A stretch of 64,000 bases of DNA from an uncultured Acidobacteriaceae bacterium (GTDB lineage Bacteria > Acidobacteriota > Terriglobia > Terriglobales > Acidobacteriaceae): positions 69,453 through 133,452 of the forward strand of contig CAVTGH010000006.1 in assembly GCA_963734215.1 (NCBI GenBank). Direction: 5' to 3'. Shown here one piece after another: positions 45,714 to 53,522 of this stretch (within the stretch, counting starts at the first letter, position 1; every line of letters begins with the position of its first letter). The translations under genes and the position numbers were made by a program. The notes under the pieces are model-generated. The model saw nothing but the letters and a program-made list of their open reading frames with translations. It had not been told where the DNA came from and ran no database searches.

Positions 45714-46238
45714 GTGACGGCATGGCACGAAGAACCGATTAGCAAGAAACATGATCGGGAGGCGTTCGACTGCGGCGAAGAAGCGTTGAATGAATTCCTG
45801 CGCCGCCACGCCCGCAAGAGCCACGAGCGGGGCGGCGCGAAAACTTTCCTTGCGATTGACGATGCCGACCAGAAAACCATTCTCGGCTTCTACAGTCTGA
45901 GTCCGGCATCGGTTGACTACGCCCGCACGCCGGAGGTCGTTCGTCACGGGCTGGCACGGCATGACGTTCCGGGCTTCCGCTTGGCACGCCTGGCTGTGGA
46001 TCGCAGGTGGCAGGGGCGGGGCATTGGCGGACAACTTCTGCTCGCGGCGGGCCGACGCTGCCTGCTGGCTGCGGCGGAGGTTGGTGGCGTTGTCCTTGTG
46101 ATCGACGCCAAGAATGAAAGGGCGGCAGCGTGGTATGCCAGTTATGGCGCTGTGCCGCTGCTCGACGCGCCGTTAACTCTGCTGCTGCCGCTCGCGACTG
46201 TCGAGGCCGCGCTTAAGAAAGCAGGGAATGCCCTTTGA
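45714..46238 (+). CDS. GNAT-family acetyltransferase toxin (TacT-like)
   Basis: HDREAFDCGEEALNEFLRRHA...GFYSLSPASVDY...GFRLARLAVDRRWQGRGIGGQLL, immediately after the DUF1778 gene. Confidence 0.85.
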   Translation: MTAWHEEPISKKHDREAFDCGEEALNEFLRRHARKSHERGGAKTFLAIDDADQKTILGFYSLSPASVDYARTPEVVRHGLARHDVPGFRLARLAVDRRWQGRGIGGQLLLAAGRRCLLAAAEVGGVVLVIDAKNERAAAWYASYGAVPLLDAPLTLLLPLATVEAALKKAGNAL

Positions 46239-46287
46239 AACTTGGGTCGTTGCCAAGGTCAGATATACAGTAGGGCGGGAGGAGACC

Positions 46288-46680
46288 ATGAAACGAGTCG
46301 GGCTGGGATTTCTATTGCTGCCAATCATCGTCTTTGCCAGTGCGAATGCTTTCGGCGGCGATGAATGGGCCTGGGAGTTTGGTGTGGATGGAAATCAACT
46401 CATTGCAGCCTGCACACCGGCCGTGCAGATGCTGGACGAACCTTCACGGAAGTTCACCCAACAAGAGAGCTACAACATCGGGTACTGCCATGGTTTTGTA
46501 TCTGGGATAGCCGACTCGACACAAAATGATGCCAGCATTATGGGCACTCCCAGAGGTCAGTTGGTGCGAGTCGTGCAAAAGTATCTCGTAGACCATCCAG
46601 AGAAGCTGTCCTTGTCCTCTTCCTTTCTGGTGCGCGAGGCCCTCATAAAGGCCTTCCCGAGGGTGCCGAAGGGCAAGTGA
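46288..46680 (+). CDS. Secreted small protein (possibly Rap1a/Tai4-like immunity fold; weak recall)
   Basis: GGGAGGAG RBS. Signal peptide MKRVGLGFLLLPIIVFASANAFG. ...LIAACTPAVQML...YNIGYCHGFVSGIADS. Confidence 0.45.
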   Translation: MKRVGLGFLLLPIIVFASANAFGGDEWAWEFGVDGNQLIAACTPAVQMLDEPSRKFTQQESYNIGYCHGFVSGIADSTQNDASIMGTPRGQLVRVVQKYLVDHPEKLSLSSSFLVREALIKAFPRVPKGK

Positions 46681-46735
46681 TCCCGCAATGCACCGCCCTC
46701 GCATGCCTCAGGCTGAGCCAACGCAGCAAGGGGGT

Positions 46736-46990
46736 TTAGGCAATCTGACTTTCCGCCTCTGGAACGCTGCCCCGAAGAAGTCTGAGTTCTCCAGACATGA
46801 ACCGATGCCTGATCCCATCTCGCGTAAACGGAAGGGCGACCTCCAACGGCAATGTGTAATAATCGCTCTCATACAACGCTCCGGGGCATCCCCGCATTAC
46901 GACCACGGTGAATCCGTGCTTGTTTTCGGCGGTCGCTTGCCACCGTTCGTTTCGTTCCAGGTCTGAAATGTAGGCGTCTGTCAACGGCAT
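46736..46990 (-). CDS. Hypothetical protein (84 aa)
   Basis: AAGGAGG immediately upstream of ATG 46990. No family recognised. Confidence 0.4.
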   Translation of the reverse strand: MPLTDAYISDLERNERWQATAENKHGFTVVVMRGCPGALYESDYYTLPLEVALPFTRDGIRHRFMSGELRLLRGSVPEAESQIA

Positions 46991-47113
46991 ATTTCCTCCT
47001 TGTCAGGTAACTTACGCTTTCTGTTCTCCCATTGGCAAGCTGGCGGCAAGACAGGCGGGCGTTTTATTTCCCCGTGAATGGTGAAGGCCAGAGGGAAGGT
47101 CGCCCTCTGGCCC

Positions 47114-47255
47114 TTAACGTTTTGCGATTACGTTAGTTGTCTCGCAAGGCTTAACGTGTAGCGAATACCGATGCACTGCATTATCGAAAGGTTTAACGTC
47201 ACTTACGAAGGACGCGGTACTCACCACACGGCGACGATTGCTAGGAGGTTTAGCG
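47114..47255. repeat. Four spaced TTA(A/G)CGT motifs (47114, 47151, 47193, 47249) in a 560-bp non-coding stretch
   Basis: cccTTAACGTttt, ggcTTAACGTgta, ggtTTAACGTcac, ggtTTAGCGTacg. A perfect 10-bp hairpin GGCCAGAGGG-N7-CCCTCTGGCC lies just upstream at 47086-47112. Confidence 0.4.
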
Positions 47256-47520
47256 TACGCGACGGACCTCGCCACGCAACTCCAGACAGACGGCTATGCA
47301 TCGCCGAGAAGCAACCCAAGCCTGAACGTCGCCAAGCCTTACCAAAAGTCCTTCGGGTTACTTGCACTCACTAGCCACAGGACCGATCAAAAGTGCTTTC
47401 AATAAGCACCTCCTGACAGGTAGTTCCTATTCAAACAATTTTCGGGCAAGTTCCGTCCAAAAGCAAGCCAAAACGCCAACGCGGATTTCGGACACCTCCC
47501 GCCCAATCCGCCTTTTGTTC

Positions 47521-47549
47521 TCGACTGTGGGTACACTTGTGGGTATAAT
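47521..47549 (+). promoter_or_regulatory. Sigma-70-like promoter (TCGACT-N17-TATAAT) only 5 nt upstream of the brnT GTG
   Basis: Read directly: TCGACTgtgggtacacttgtgggTATAATctacgGTG. Confidence 0.45.
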
Positions 47550-47554
47550 CTACG

Positions 47555-47827
47555 GTGGACTTCAGTTGGGACGAGCCGAAGCGCGAGTGGGTGCTGGTGG
47601 AGCGGGGCATAGATTTTCTCCGCGTTGCCTTCGAGTTGTTTGACGGCCGTCCGCTCCTTACAGTGCCAACGCCACGAGACGAGGAAGATCGGTTTCTGAG
47701 CATTGGTTTGATTGAGGGGAAATTCTTCGCGGTCGTCTGGACGTGGCGCGACGATGCCGTGCGAATTATTACAGCCAGGAGGGCGAGAGATGAGGAAGAG
47801 AAGCGGTACCGTGCGCTATACGGCTAA
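47555..47827 (+). CDS. brnT: BrnT-family (DUF497) toxin
   Basis: DFSWDEPKREWVLVERGIDFLRVAFELFDG...RFLSIGLIEGKFFAVVWTWRDDAVRIITARRARDEE. Confidence 0.85.
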   Translation: MDFSWDEPKREWVLVERGIDFLRVAFELFDGRPLLTVPTPRDEEDRFLSIGLIEGKFFAVVWTWRDDAVRIITARRARDEEEKRYRALYG

Positions 47828-48131
47828 ACAGATCAAGACCAAGATTGCACGAGGGGAAGACCGGACGAATTGGACCAAGGTGAATGCCACGACTGGAGCC
47901 AAGCTGGAAGCATCGATCCGAGCCGACGTGGATGACGTTCATGGCGATCCCGGCTGGACATGGAGTGTTATGGGTGTCCCGTCTCCCAAAGACCATATCA
48001 ACATCCGTATCGACCACGATGTTCTGGAATGGTTCAAGAAAAATGGCAGAGGCTACCAGACGCTGATGAACAACGTGCTGCGCGCCTTTGTGCAAACGCG
48101 ACAGCAGGGCGAGAGCATGAAATCGAGATAG
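47790..48131 (+). CDS. brnA: BrnA-family antitoxin
   Basis: ATG 47790 with AGGAGGG RBS. ...DRTNWTKV...INIRIDHDVLEWFKKNGRGYQTLMNNVLRAFV. Confidence 0.8.
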   Translation: MRKRSGTVRYTAKQIKTKIARGEDRTNWTKVNATTGAKLEASIRADVDDVHGDPGWTWSVMGVPSPKDHINIRIDHDVLEWFKKNGRGYQTLMNNVLRAFVQTRQQGESMKSR

Positions 48132-48195
48132 CGGTCCCGTACGATGGGACGAAGCACACGTTCGAAGGTTCACGCGCAGCACTTCAGGCTAAGCC

Positions 48196-48534
48196 TTACG
48201 GCGCAAAAGTCACCTGCTGGTAGGGTTCGCCTTTGTGGTGAGGGCTGACCTTGATCGTTACTTTCCGGTCAAGCCGTTTCAGAAAATCGAGTAGCTTGTC
48301 CGTTGTGAAGCGGCTGAAATGGCCGTTCATCAGGTGCGAGACATCGGGCTGTGCAATGCCCAAAACATCGGCGATTTCGCGCTGTTTCAATTTCTTGGCT
48401 TCGAGGATTTTGAAAACATGGAATCCGATCTGGGCGCGCGCCAGAAGCTGATCGGCATCTCTGAGGCCCAGATCCGCGAAGACGTTTCCGGATCCCAGTT
48501 CGAACTCAATTGGTTTCCGTTTTTTCGTACTCAT
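48196..48534 (-). CDS. XRE-family HTH antitoxin (partner of Gp49/RelE-like toxin)
   Basis: GSGNVFADLGL...KKLKQREIADVLGIAQPDVSHLMNGHFSRFTTDKLLDFLKRL. Confidence 0.8.
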   Translation of the reverse strand: MSTKKRKPIEFELGSGNVFADLGLRDADQLLARAQIGFHVFKILEAKKLKQREIADVLGIAQPDVSHLMNGHFSRFTTDKLLDFLKRLDRKVTIKVSPHHKGEPYQQVTFAP

Positions 48535-48901
48535 GTGCCAACTCCTGTGCTTCGGTGTATCGCTTCTTAATCAGGTCAACATCCCGCTTCGCTGTGGCAA
48601 TGCCTCTCTTTGATTTCTTCTGAAAGGCGTGCAACACATAAATCCGCCTGCCGATTTGCAACGCCAGGACGACACGGTAGGCGTCCGACGCGTATCGCAG
48701 GGCAATCTCAACAACTCCGCCGCCGATGCCCTTAAACGGCTTGGCGTCTTTGGGCATGCCGCCAAACTGGATAAGCTGAAGCTCATCCCCCAGCAGTTTT
48801 TGTGCGCCCTCTGGAAAATCGCGAAGGTTCCTTTTCGAGTCTCCGAGCCAGACAACGGGCCGTAGCAGCGGAGGTTTGGGACTGTCCAAACGACACCTCA
48901 A
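48506..48901 (-). CDS. RelE/ParE-superfamily toxin (phage Gp49-like, DUF891)
   Basis: VVWLGDSKRNLRDFPEGAQKLLGDELQLIQFGGMPKDAKPFKGIGGGVVEIALRYASDAYRVV...IYVLHAFQKKSKRGIAT. Confidence 0.8.
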   Translation of the reverse strand: MRCRLDSPKPPLLRPVVWLGDSKRNLRDFPEGAQKLLGDELQLIQFGGMPKDAKPFKGIGGGVVEIALRYASDAYRVVLALQIGRRIYVLHAFQKKSKRGIATAKRDVDLIKKRYTEAQELAHEYEKTETN

Positions 48902-49144
48902 CCAACAATAGCAAATTTACTATAATACAATCCGAGGAAATCCGGGAACCCGTTCAGTTAACTACAACCCCTAGCGCTTCCCCGCGCCCCACCCCATTCC
49001 ATCCGGCTTCGCATTTCGGTTCCCCGTGCCCTAAGATTTGTGCATCCAAAGTCCGTTTGTAGGCTAAACTCCCAATTCTGGGCAGTTTAGGCGGATTGCG
49101 TCCCAATGCGGGGATGGTTTCATTCCCAGTGAACGAGAGGGATT

Positions 49145-49990
49145 ATGGCAGCTTCGGTCTGGTCTGGACACTTAACTTTCGGACTTATCTCCATGCCGGT
49201 GCGCTTGTTCTCGGGCGCGCGCAGTAGCGGCATCTCTTTCAACATGCTGCATCGCACGGATAAAGTGCGGGTGAAGCAGCAGTACATCTGTCCGCTCGAA
49301 AACATAGTGGTCGATCGCGCGGACATCGTCAAAGGCTACGAGTTCCGCAAAGACGAATACATCATCATCGAGCCGGAGGAGATTAAGAAGATCGAGCCGC
49401 AGACGGCGAAGACCATGGAGATTCTGGAATTCGTGAAGGCGGGTGACGTGGACCCGGTGTATTTCGAGTCGTCGTACTACATGATGCCGGAAGAGGCTGG
49501 GCGGCGGCCTTACGCGCTGCTGACGAAGGCATTGGAAGAGAGCGAGTATGTTGCCATCGCCAAGATCACGATGCACAACCGAGAGTACACGGTGTTTCTG
49601 CGGCCGCATGAAGGTGGATTGATGCTGCACACGATGTACTATGCGGAGGAAGTGCGCAAGGCTGAGGGTTTCGGCGCGCCCGATGTGGAGTTGAAAGAAG
49701 CGGAAGTGAAGGTGGCGCACCAGCTCATCGAGGCGCTGGCGGATGAATGGGATCCGGAAAAGTATAAAGACAGCTTCCAGGAAAACTTGAAGCAGCTGAT
49801 CGAGACCAAACTTGAGGGCGGGGAAGTGGCGGCGGTGGAGAAGCCAAAGAAGCTGGCTCCCGTCATAGACTTGATGGCCGCGCTCAAGCAGAGCCTGGCG
49901 CAGATGGAAGGCAAGAAGAAACCCGCGGCCACTGCCAAGTCAGAGGAGTCGGCAGCGGCGGCTGGCGGCAAGTCGCGGCGTGGGCGGTGA
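49145..49990 (+). CDS. ku: Ku protein (bacterial NHEJ)
   Basis: SVWSGHLTFGLISMPVRLFSGARS...YEFRKDEYI...YFESSYYMMPEE... Confidence 0.92.
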   Translation: MAASVWSGHLTFGLISMPVRLFSGARSSGISFNMLHRTDKVRVKQQYICPLENIVVDRADIVKGYEFRKDEYIIIEPEEIKKIEPQTAKTMEILEFVKAGDVDPVYFESSYYMMPEEAGRRPYALLTKALEESEYVAIAKITMHNREYTVFLRPHEGGLMLHTMYYAEEVRKAEGFGAPDVELKEAEVKVAHQLIEALADEWDPEKYKDSFQENLKQLIETKLEGGEVAAVEKPKKLAPVIDLMAALKQSLAQMEGKKKPAATAKSEESAAAAGGKSRRGR

Positions 49991-50305
49991 AAGTCGGCTT
50001 CCGGCCTCCGGTATCCGGACTGCGGTCATACTCATAAACCAGTAAACCACTGCCGATCCCGTTAGTGCCTGCGGCCTGGCAAGTTCAGCGGGCAGGCACA
50101 TTGCATTACCATCCAACTCGTCCCTTCGGGGACGCATCCCAGATTGAGGTAAGAAGGACCCAACCACAGCGTGGATCTTCTTTTCCGAAGGCAGCGGTAA
50201 ATCAGGCCAGGGGCACTGGCGCAGATCGTGACCCAGCCGTTAGAATATTGAATTCTTCTCACCTATGATCAGAATCTTTTTTGAATGGCGCAGGATGGGG
50301 TGCCG

Positions 50306-51868
50306 ATGAGTGTTCGACGTTTGGGCCGACTGGCGGCCATGGTGCTTGCAATTCTGGTTTGGATGGCTTGCGGGCAGGTATACCGTCCGGTGGTGATTCC
50401 TTGTTCGGTGGGCGGGGTTCCGGGGTGCCCGGTGGAGACGAATCCGACTCCGGCCAGTTTCCATGCCGTCTTTGGCATTAGTACCAACATAGCCAATTAT
50501 CCCGGCGGGGCCATGCAAATCGACGTTTCGGGAGATTCCATCGTCGGAGAAACTCCGACCAACGAACCTTCCGAGCCCAACCTCGGCGACAACCCGACTC
50601 ATGCCGCCATTTTGCCCAATGATTCAAGAGTGTTTGTCGCGAGTGCGGGCAGCGCGCTCCCGGGCGGAATAGACGTTGTTTCATCCTTTACGCCAGTGTT
50701 TCAATCCACGCTGGCTAGCGGATTGGGTGCGGTGGGCACGATCGCTTTGCCGACGGGATCGCAGCCGGTTTTCCTGAACACCACGCAGAACAATGTTCTC
50801 TACGTGGCGAGCTTTGGCACGAATTCAGTGAGCGCCATCAATACGAATTCGAACGCAGTGATCAACACGGTTGCAGTCGGGACGAATCCGGTTGCGCTGG
50901 CCGAAACGCCAAACGCCTTCAAGCTTTATGTGGCGAACCAAGGCAGCAATACGGTCACCAGCTTGAATCCAACGGATTTGTCGCAGAACACCGTAACCGG
51001 CTTCTCCGGAGTGAACCCGGTTTGGGCGGTGGCGCGGGGAGACAGCCAGAAAGTTTACGTGCTCACGCAGGGTGACGGACAACTGGTGACGATCGATGTC
51101 GCCACCGATACGGTCACCAGCAGTCTTCCTGTAGGCCCTGGGGCAAACTTTATTTTGTACGATCCGAACCTGAACCGGCTTTATGTGCCGAATCCCGCGA
51201 CGGGGACGGTCTCTGTATTTTCCGATAGTGGCGGACCAAACGACACGCCAAGCCTGCTCGCGCCGCCGCTGACGATTCCGGGCCTGAGTGCAGCTACAAA
51301 AATGCCCGCCTGTGCGACATGCGGCCCCGTGATTCCGGTTTCCGTGACCGCCTTGCTCGATGGCAGCCGGTTTTATGTGGCGAGCTACCAGATCGCGACT
51401 ACTTGCCCCGACCCGAACGTAACCGTGTCACCATGCCTGATCCCTAGCCTGACTGTGTTTGACGCCAACAGTCTCACGCTAAAGTATCCGGCCGCGTCAC
51501 CCATCGTGCTGCTGACTGTGCCGCCGTTCGCGGTAACTCCAGCCAATCAGTATCAATACGCCGTGCCGCCGGTTACTTCCTGCGGGCCGGTCCCGCCTGT
51601 TTTTTCCGCTTCGTACTCGCCGAGTACGACGCGCTTCCGGGTTTTCACCACTGCCTCGGAGGACAGCAGCCGCGTTTATGTGAGCATGTGCGACGCTGGC
51701 GCTGTCGCCGTCATCAACACCACGGATAGCAACACCAACAATACGGGTGGGGCGTTGCCGCCCGATTCGTTGGTCACCGACTTGCCTACGGCCTACAGCG
51801 CTGCCGCTGCCCCACCGAATGGCGAACCGCCTCTGCAGAATCCGATTTTCCTGCTGATGGGTCAGTAA
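50306..51868 (+). CDS. Lipoprotein with YVTN-type beta-propeller repeats
   Basis: ATG 50306. Lipobox-like LVWMAC. Repeats ...LYVASFGTNSVSAINTNSNAVINTVAVGTNPVALAETPNAFKLYVANQGSNTVTSL... Confidence 0.75.
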   Translation: MSVRRLGRLAAMVLAILVWMACGQVYRPVVIPCSVGGVPGCPVETNPTPASFHAVFGISTNIANYPGGAMQIDVSGDSIVGETPTNEPSEPNLGDNPTHAAILPNDSRVFVASAGSALPGGIDVVSSFTPVFQSTLASGLGAVGTIALPTGSQPVFLNTTQNNVLYVASFGTNSVSAINTNSNAVINTVAVGTNPVALAETPNAFKLYVANQGSNTVTSLNPTDLSQNTVTGFSGVNPVWAVARGDSQKVYVLTQGDGQLVTIDVATDTVTSSLPVGPGANFILYDPNLNRLYVPNPATGTVSVFSDSGGPNDTPSLLAPPLTIPGLSAATKMPACATCGPVIPVSVTALLDGSRFYVASYQIATTCPDPNVTVSPCLIPSLTVFDANSLTLKYPAASPIVLLTVPPFAVTPANQYQYAVPPVTSCGPVPPVFSASYSPSTTRFRVFTTASEDSSRVYVSMCDAGAVAVINTTDSNTNNTGGALPPDSLVTDLPTAYSAAAAPPNGEPPLQNPIFLLMGQ

Positions 51869-51938
51869 CGGAGCGCACCAGCGCAGTTAGGAATGTTGGA
51901 TTGCCGCAGCGGGAGGTTGCCGGCCCGCACTCGAATGG

Positions 51939-53192
51939 CTAACTTCTGGCGGCTACTTCTTCTTTTTGGGACTCTCTGGCGGCGTAGTGCGAGTCAACAT
52001 ACTCGTCGAGAATCCCGATGAACTCGGCAACGATGCGGTCGCCCTTGAGTGTGGTGAACAGGCGTCCATCCACATAGACCGGGGCTTTTGGTTCTTCGAA
52101 CGTGCCAGGCAGGGAGATGCCGATGTTGGCGTGCTTGGACTCGCCGGGGCCGTTGACCACGCAGCCCATTACGGCGAGCTTCATCTCTTCCACACCGACG
52201 TAGCGGTTTTTCCAGGTTGGCATCTGCTCGCGCAGGTAGGTCTGAATCTGCTCGGCCATTTCCTGGAAGAAGGTGCTGGTGGTGCGTCCGCAGCCGGGGC
52301 AGGCGGTGACTTGCGGCGTAAAGCTCCGAATCCCCATGGATTGCAAAATCTGCTGCGCCACGCGGACTTCCTCGGTGCGGTCGCCGCCGGGGGCTGGAGT
52401 GAGCGAGACGCGGATGGTATCGCCAATGCCTTCTTGCAGCACCACGCCCATGGCCGCGCTGGACGCGACCACGCCTTTCGCGCCCATGCCGGCTTCGGTG
52501 AGGCCGAGGTGCAGCGGGTAGTTGCAGCGGGCGGCGAGAGCCCGGTAGACGTCGATGAGATCCTGCACGCCGCTGACTTTCGCGCTCAGAATAATTTGAT
52601 CCGGGCGCAGGCCGAATTTCTGCGCCAGATCGGCGGAGTTCAGCGCGCTTACCACCATCGCTCCCATGGTGACTTCCCTCGCGTCCTTCGGCTCGGCGAG
52701 GCGGGAGTTCTCGTCCATCATGCGGGTGAGCAGAACCTGGTCGAGCGAGCCCCAGTTCACGCCAATGCGCACCGGCTTTTGGTACTTCACCGCGACTTCG
52801 ATCATGGTGCGGAAATTCGAGTCGCCGGTGCGTCCAATGCTGGCGTTGCCAGGATTGATGCGGTACTTGGCCAGATCGCGCGCGCATTCGGGATATTTCG
52901 TGAGCAGCACGTGGCCGTTGTAATGGAAATCGCCGATGATGGGCACGCGCAGGCCCTGTTTGTCGAGTTCCTCGACGATGCGGGGAACGGCGGCGGCGGC
53001 TTCTTCGTTGTTGACGGTAACGCGCACCAGTTCGGACCCGGCGCGGGCCAGGGCCGCACATTGCTGGACCGTCGAAGGAATGTCGGCGGTATCGGTGTTG
53101 GTCATGGATTGCACCACAATCGGTGCATCCGAGCCTACCCGAACACCGCCGACGACGGCGGTCGCGGTTTTTCTGCGTGGGACTATGGCCAT
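51939..53192 (-). CDS. ispG: 4-hydroxy-3-methylbut-2-enyl diphosphate synthase
   Basis: [17 protein letters not shown]...RVTVNN...GVNWGSL...CPGCGRT...[10 protein letters not shown]. Confidence 0.96.
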   Translation of the reverse strand: MAIVPRRKTATAVVGGVRVGSDAPIVVQSMTNTDTADIPSTVQQCAALARAGSELVRVTVNNEEAAAAVPRIVEELDKQGLRVPIIGDFHYNGHVLLTKYPECARDLAKYRINPGNASIGRTGDSNFRTMIEVAVKYQKPVRIGVNWGSLDQVLLTRMMDENSRLAEPKDAREVTMGAMVVSALNSADLAQKFGLRPDQIILSAKVSGVQDLIDVYRALAARCNYPLHLGLTEAGMGAKGVVASSAAMGVVLQEGIGDTIRVSLTPAPGGDRTEEVRVAQQILQSMGIRSFTPQVTACPGCGRTTSTFFQEMAEQIQTYLREQMPTWKNRYVGVEEMKLAVMGCVVNGPGESKHANIGISLPGTFEEPKAPVYVDGRLFTTLKGDRIVAEFIGILDEYVDSHYAARESQKEEVAARS

Positions 53193-53307
53193 GGGAAATT
53201 CAGAACGCGGAGACAGGGTGTGTCCGGACGCCGAGCGGGCGGGCAGTGCAGTCTTTGGTCATTGGAAGATCTCATCTCCCTTGAGGGAGTATAATTTCCT
53301 CCAGCCA

Positions 53308-53421
53308 TCTCGCGTAGCTCAACGGAAAAAGCGCCGAGAGCGTAGCTGGAAAACTTGTTGAGGGTCGCCCAGCATCGCTGCCAGTTCTCGGAGATTGCGG
53401 GTTCGACTCCTGCCGTGAGAT
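53308..53421 (+). ncRNA. tRNA-shaped locus with a 41-nt structured insertion where the 7-nt anticodon loop should be (intron-containing tRNA, tRNA pseudogene or tRNA-like RNA)
   Basis: Hand fold. Acceptor 53308-14/53414-20 (7 bp, one G-U). U8 A9. D arm GCTC-AACGGAAA-AAGC with A14, G18 G19 and A21. Anticodon stem CCGAG 53334-38 / CTCGG 53387-91. Variable loop AGATT. T arm GCGGG-TTCGACT-CCTGC. 48 nt between the anticodon-stem strands. Confidence 0.5.
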
Positions 53422-53522
53422 CGGCTCCTTATCCTTTTCGTGCTTGACCTTTGCAACGTTTGCACGAGCTATTGGAGTATTATACCATGCCTTGAGCCAT
53501 ATGGCATACCTATATGGCATAC

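Noticed and set aside
53308-53424. tRNA-Sec or the 3' end of tmRNA as an explanation for the GGTTCGACTCCTG element.
   Set aside because: There is no TCA anticodon loop, no 8/5 or 9/4 acceptor/T geometry and no 6-bp D stem for tRNA-Sec. A tmRNA would need more than 300 nt and would overlap ispG, and no tag-peptide ORF or 5' GGGG acceptor partner is seen.
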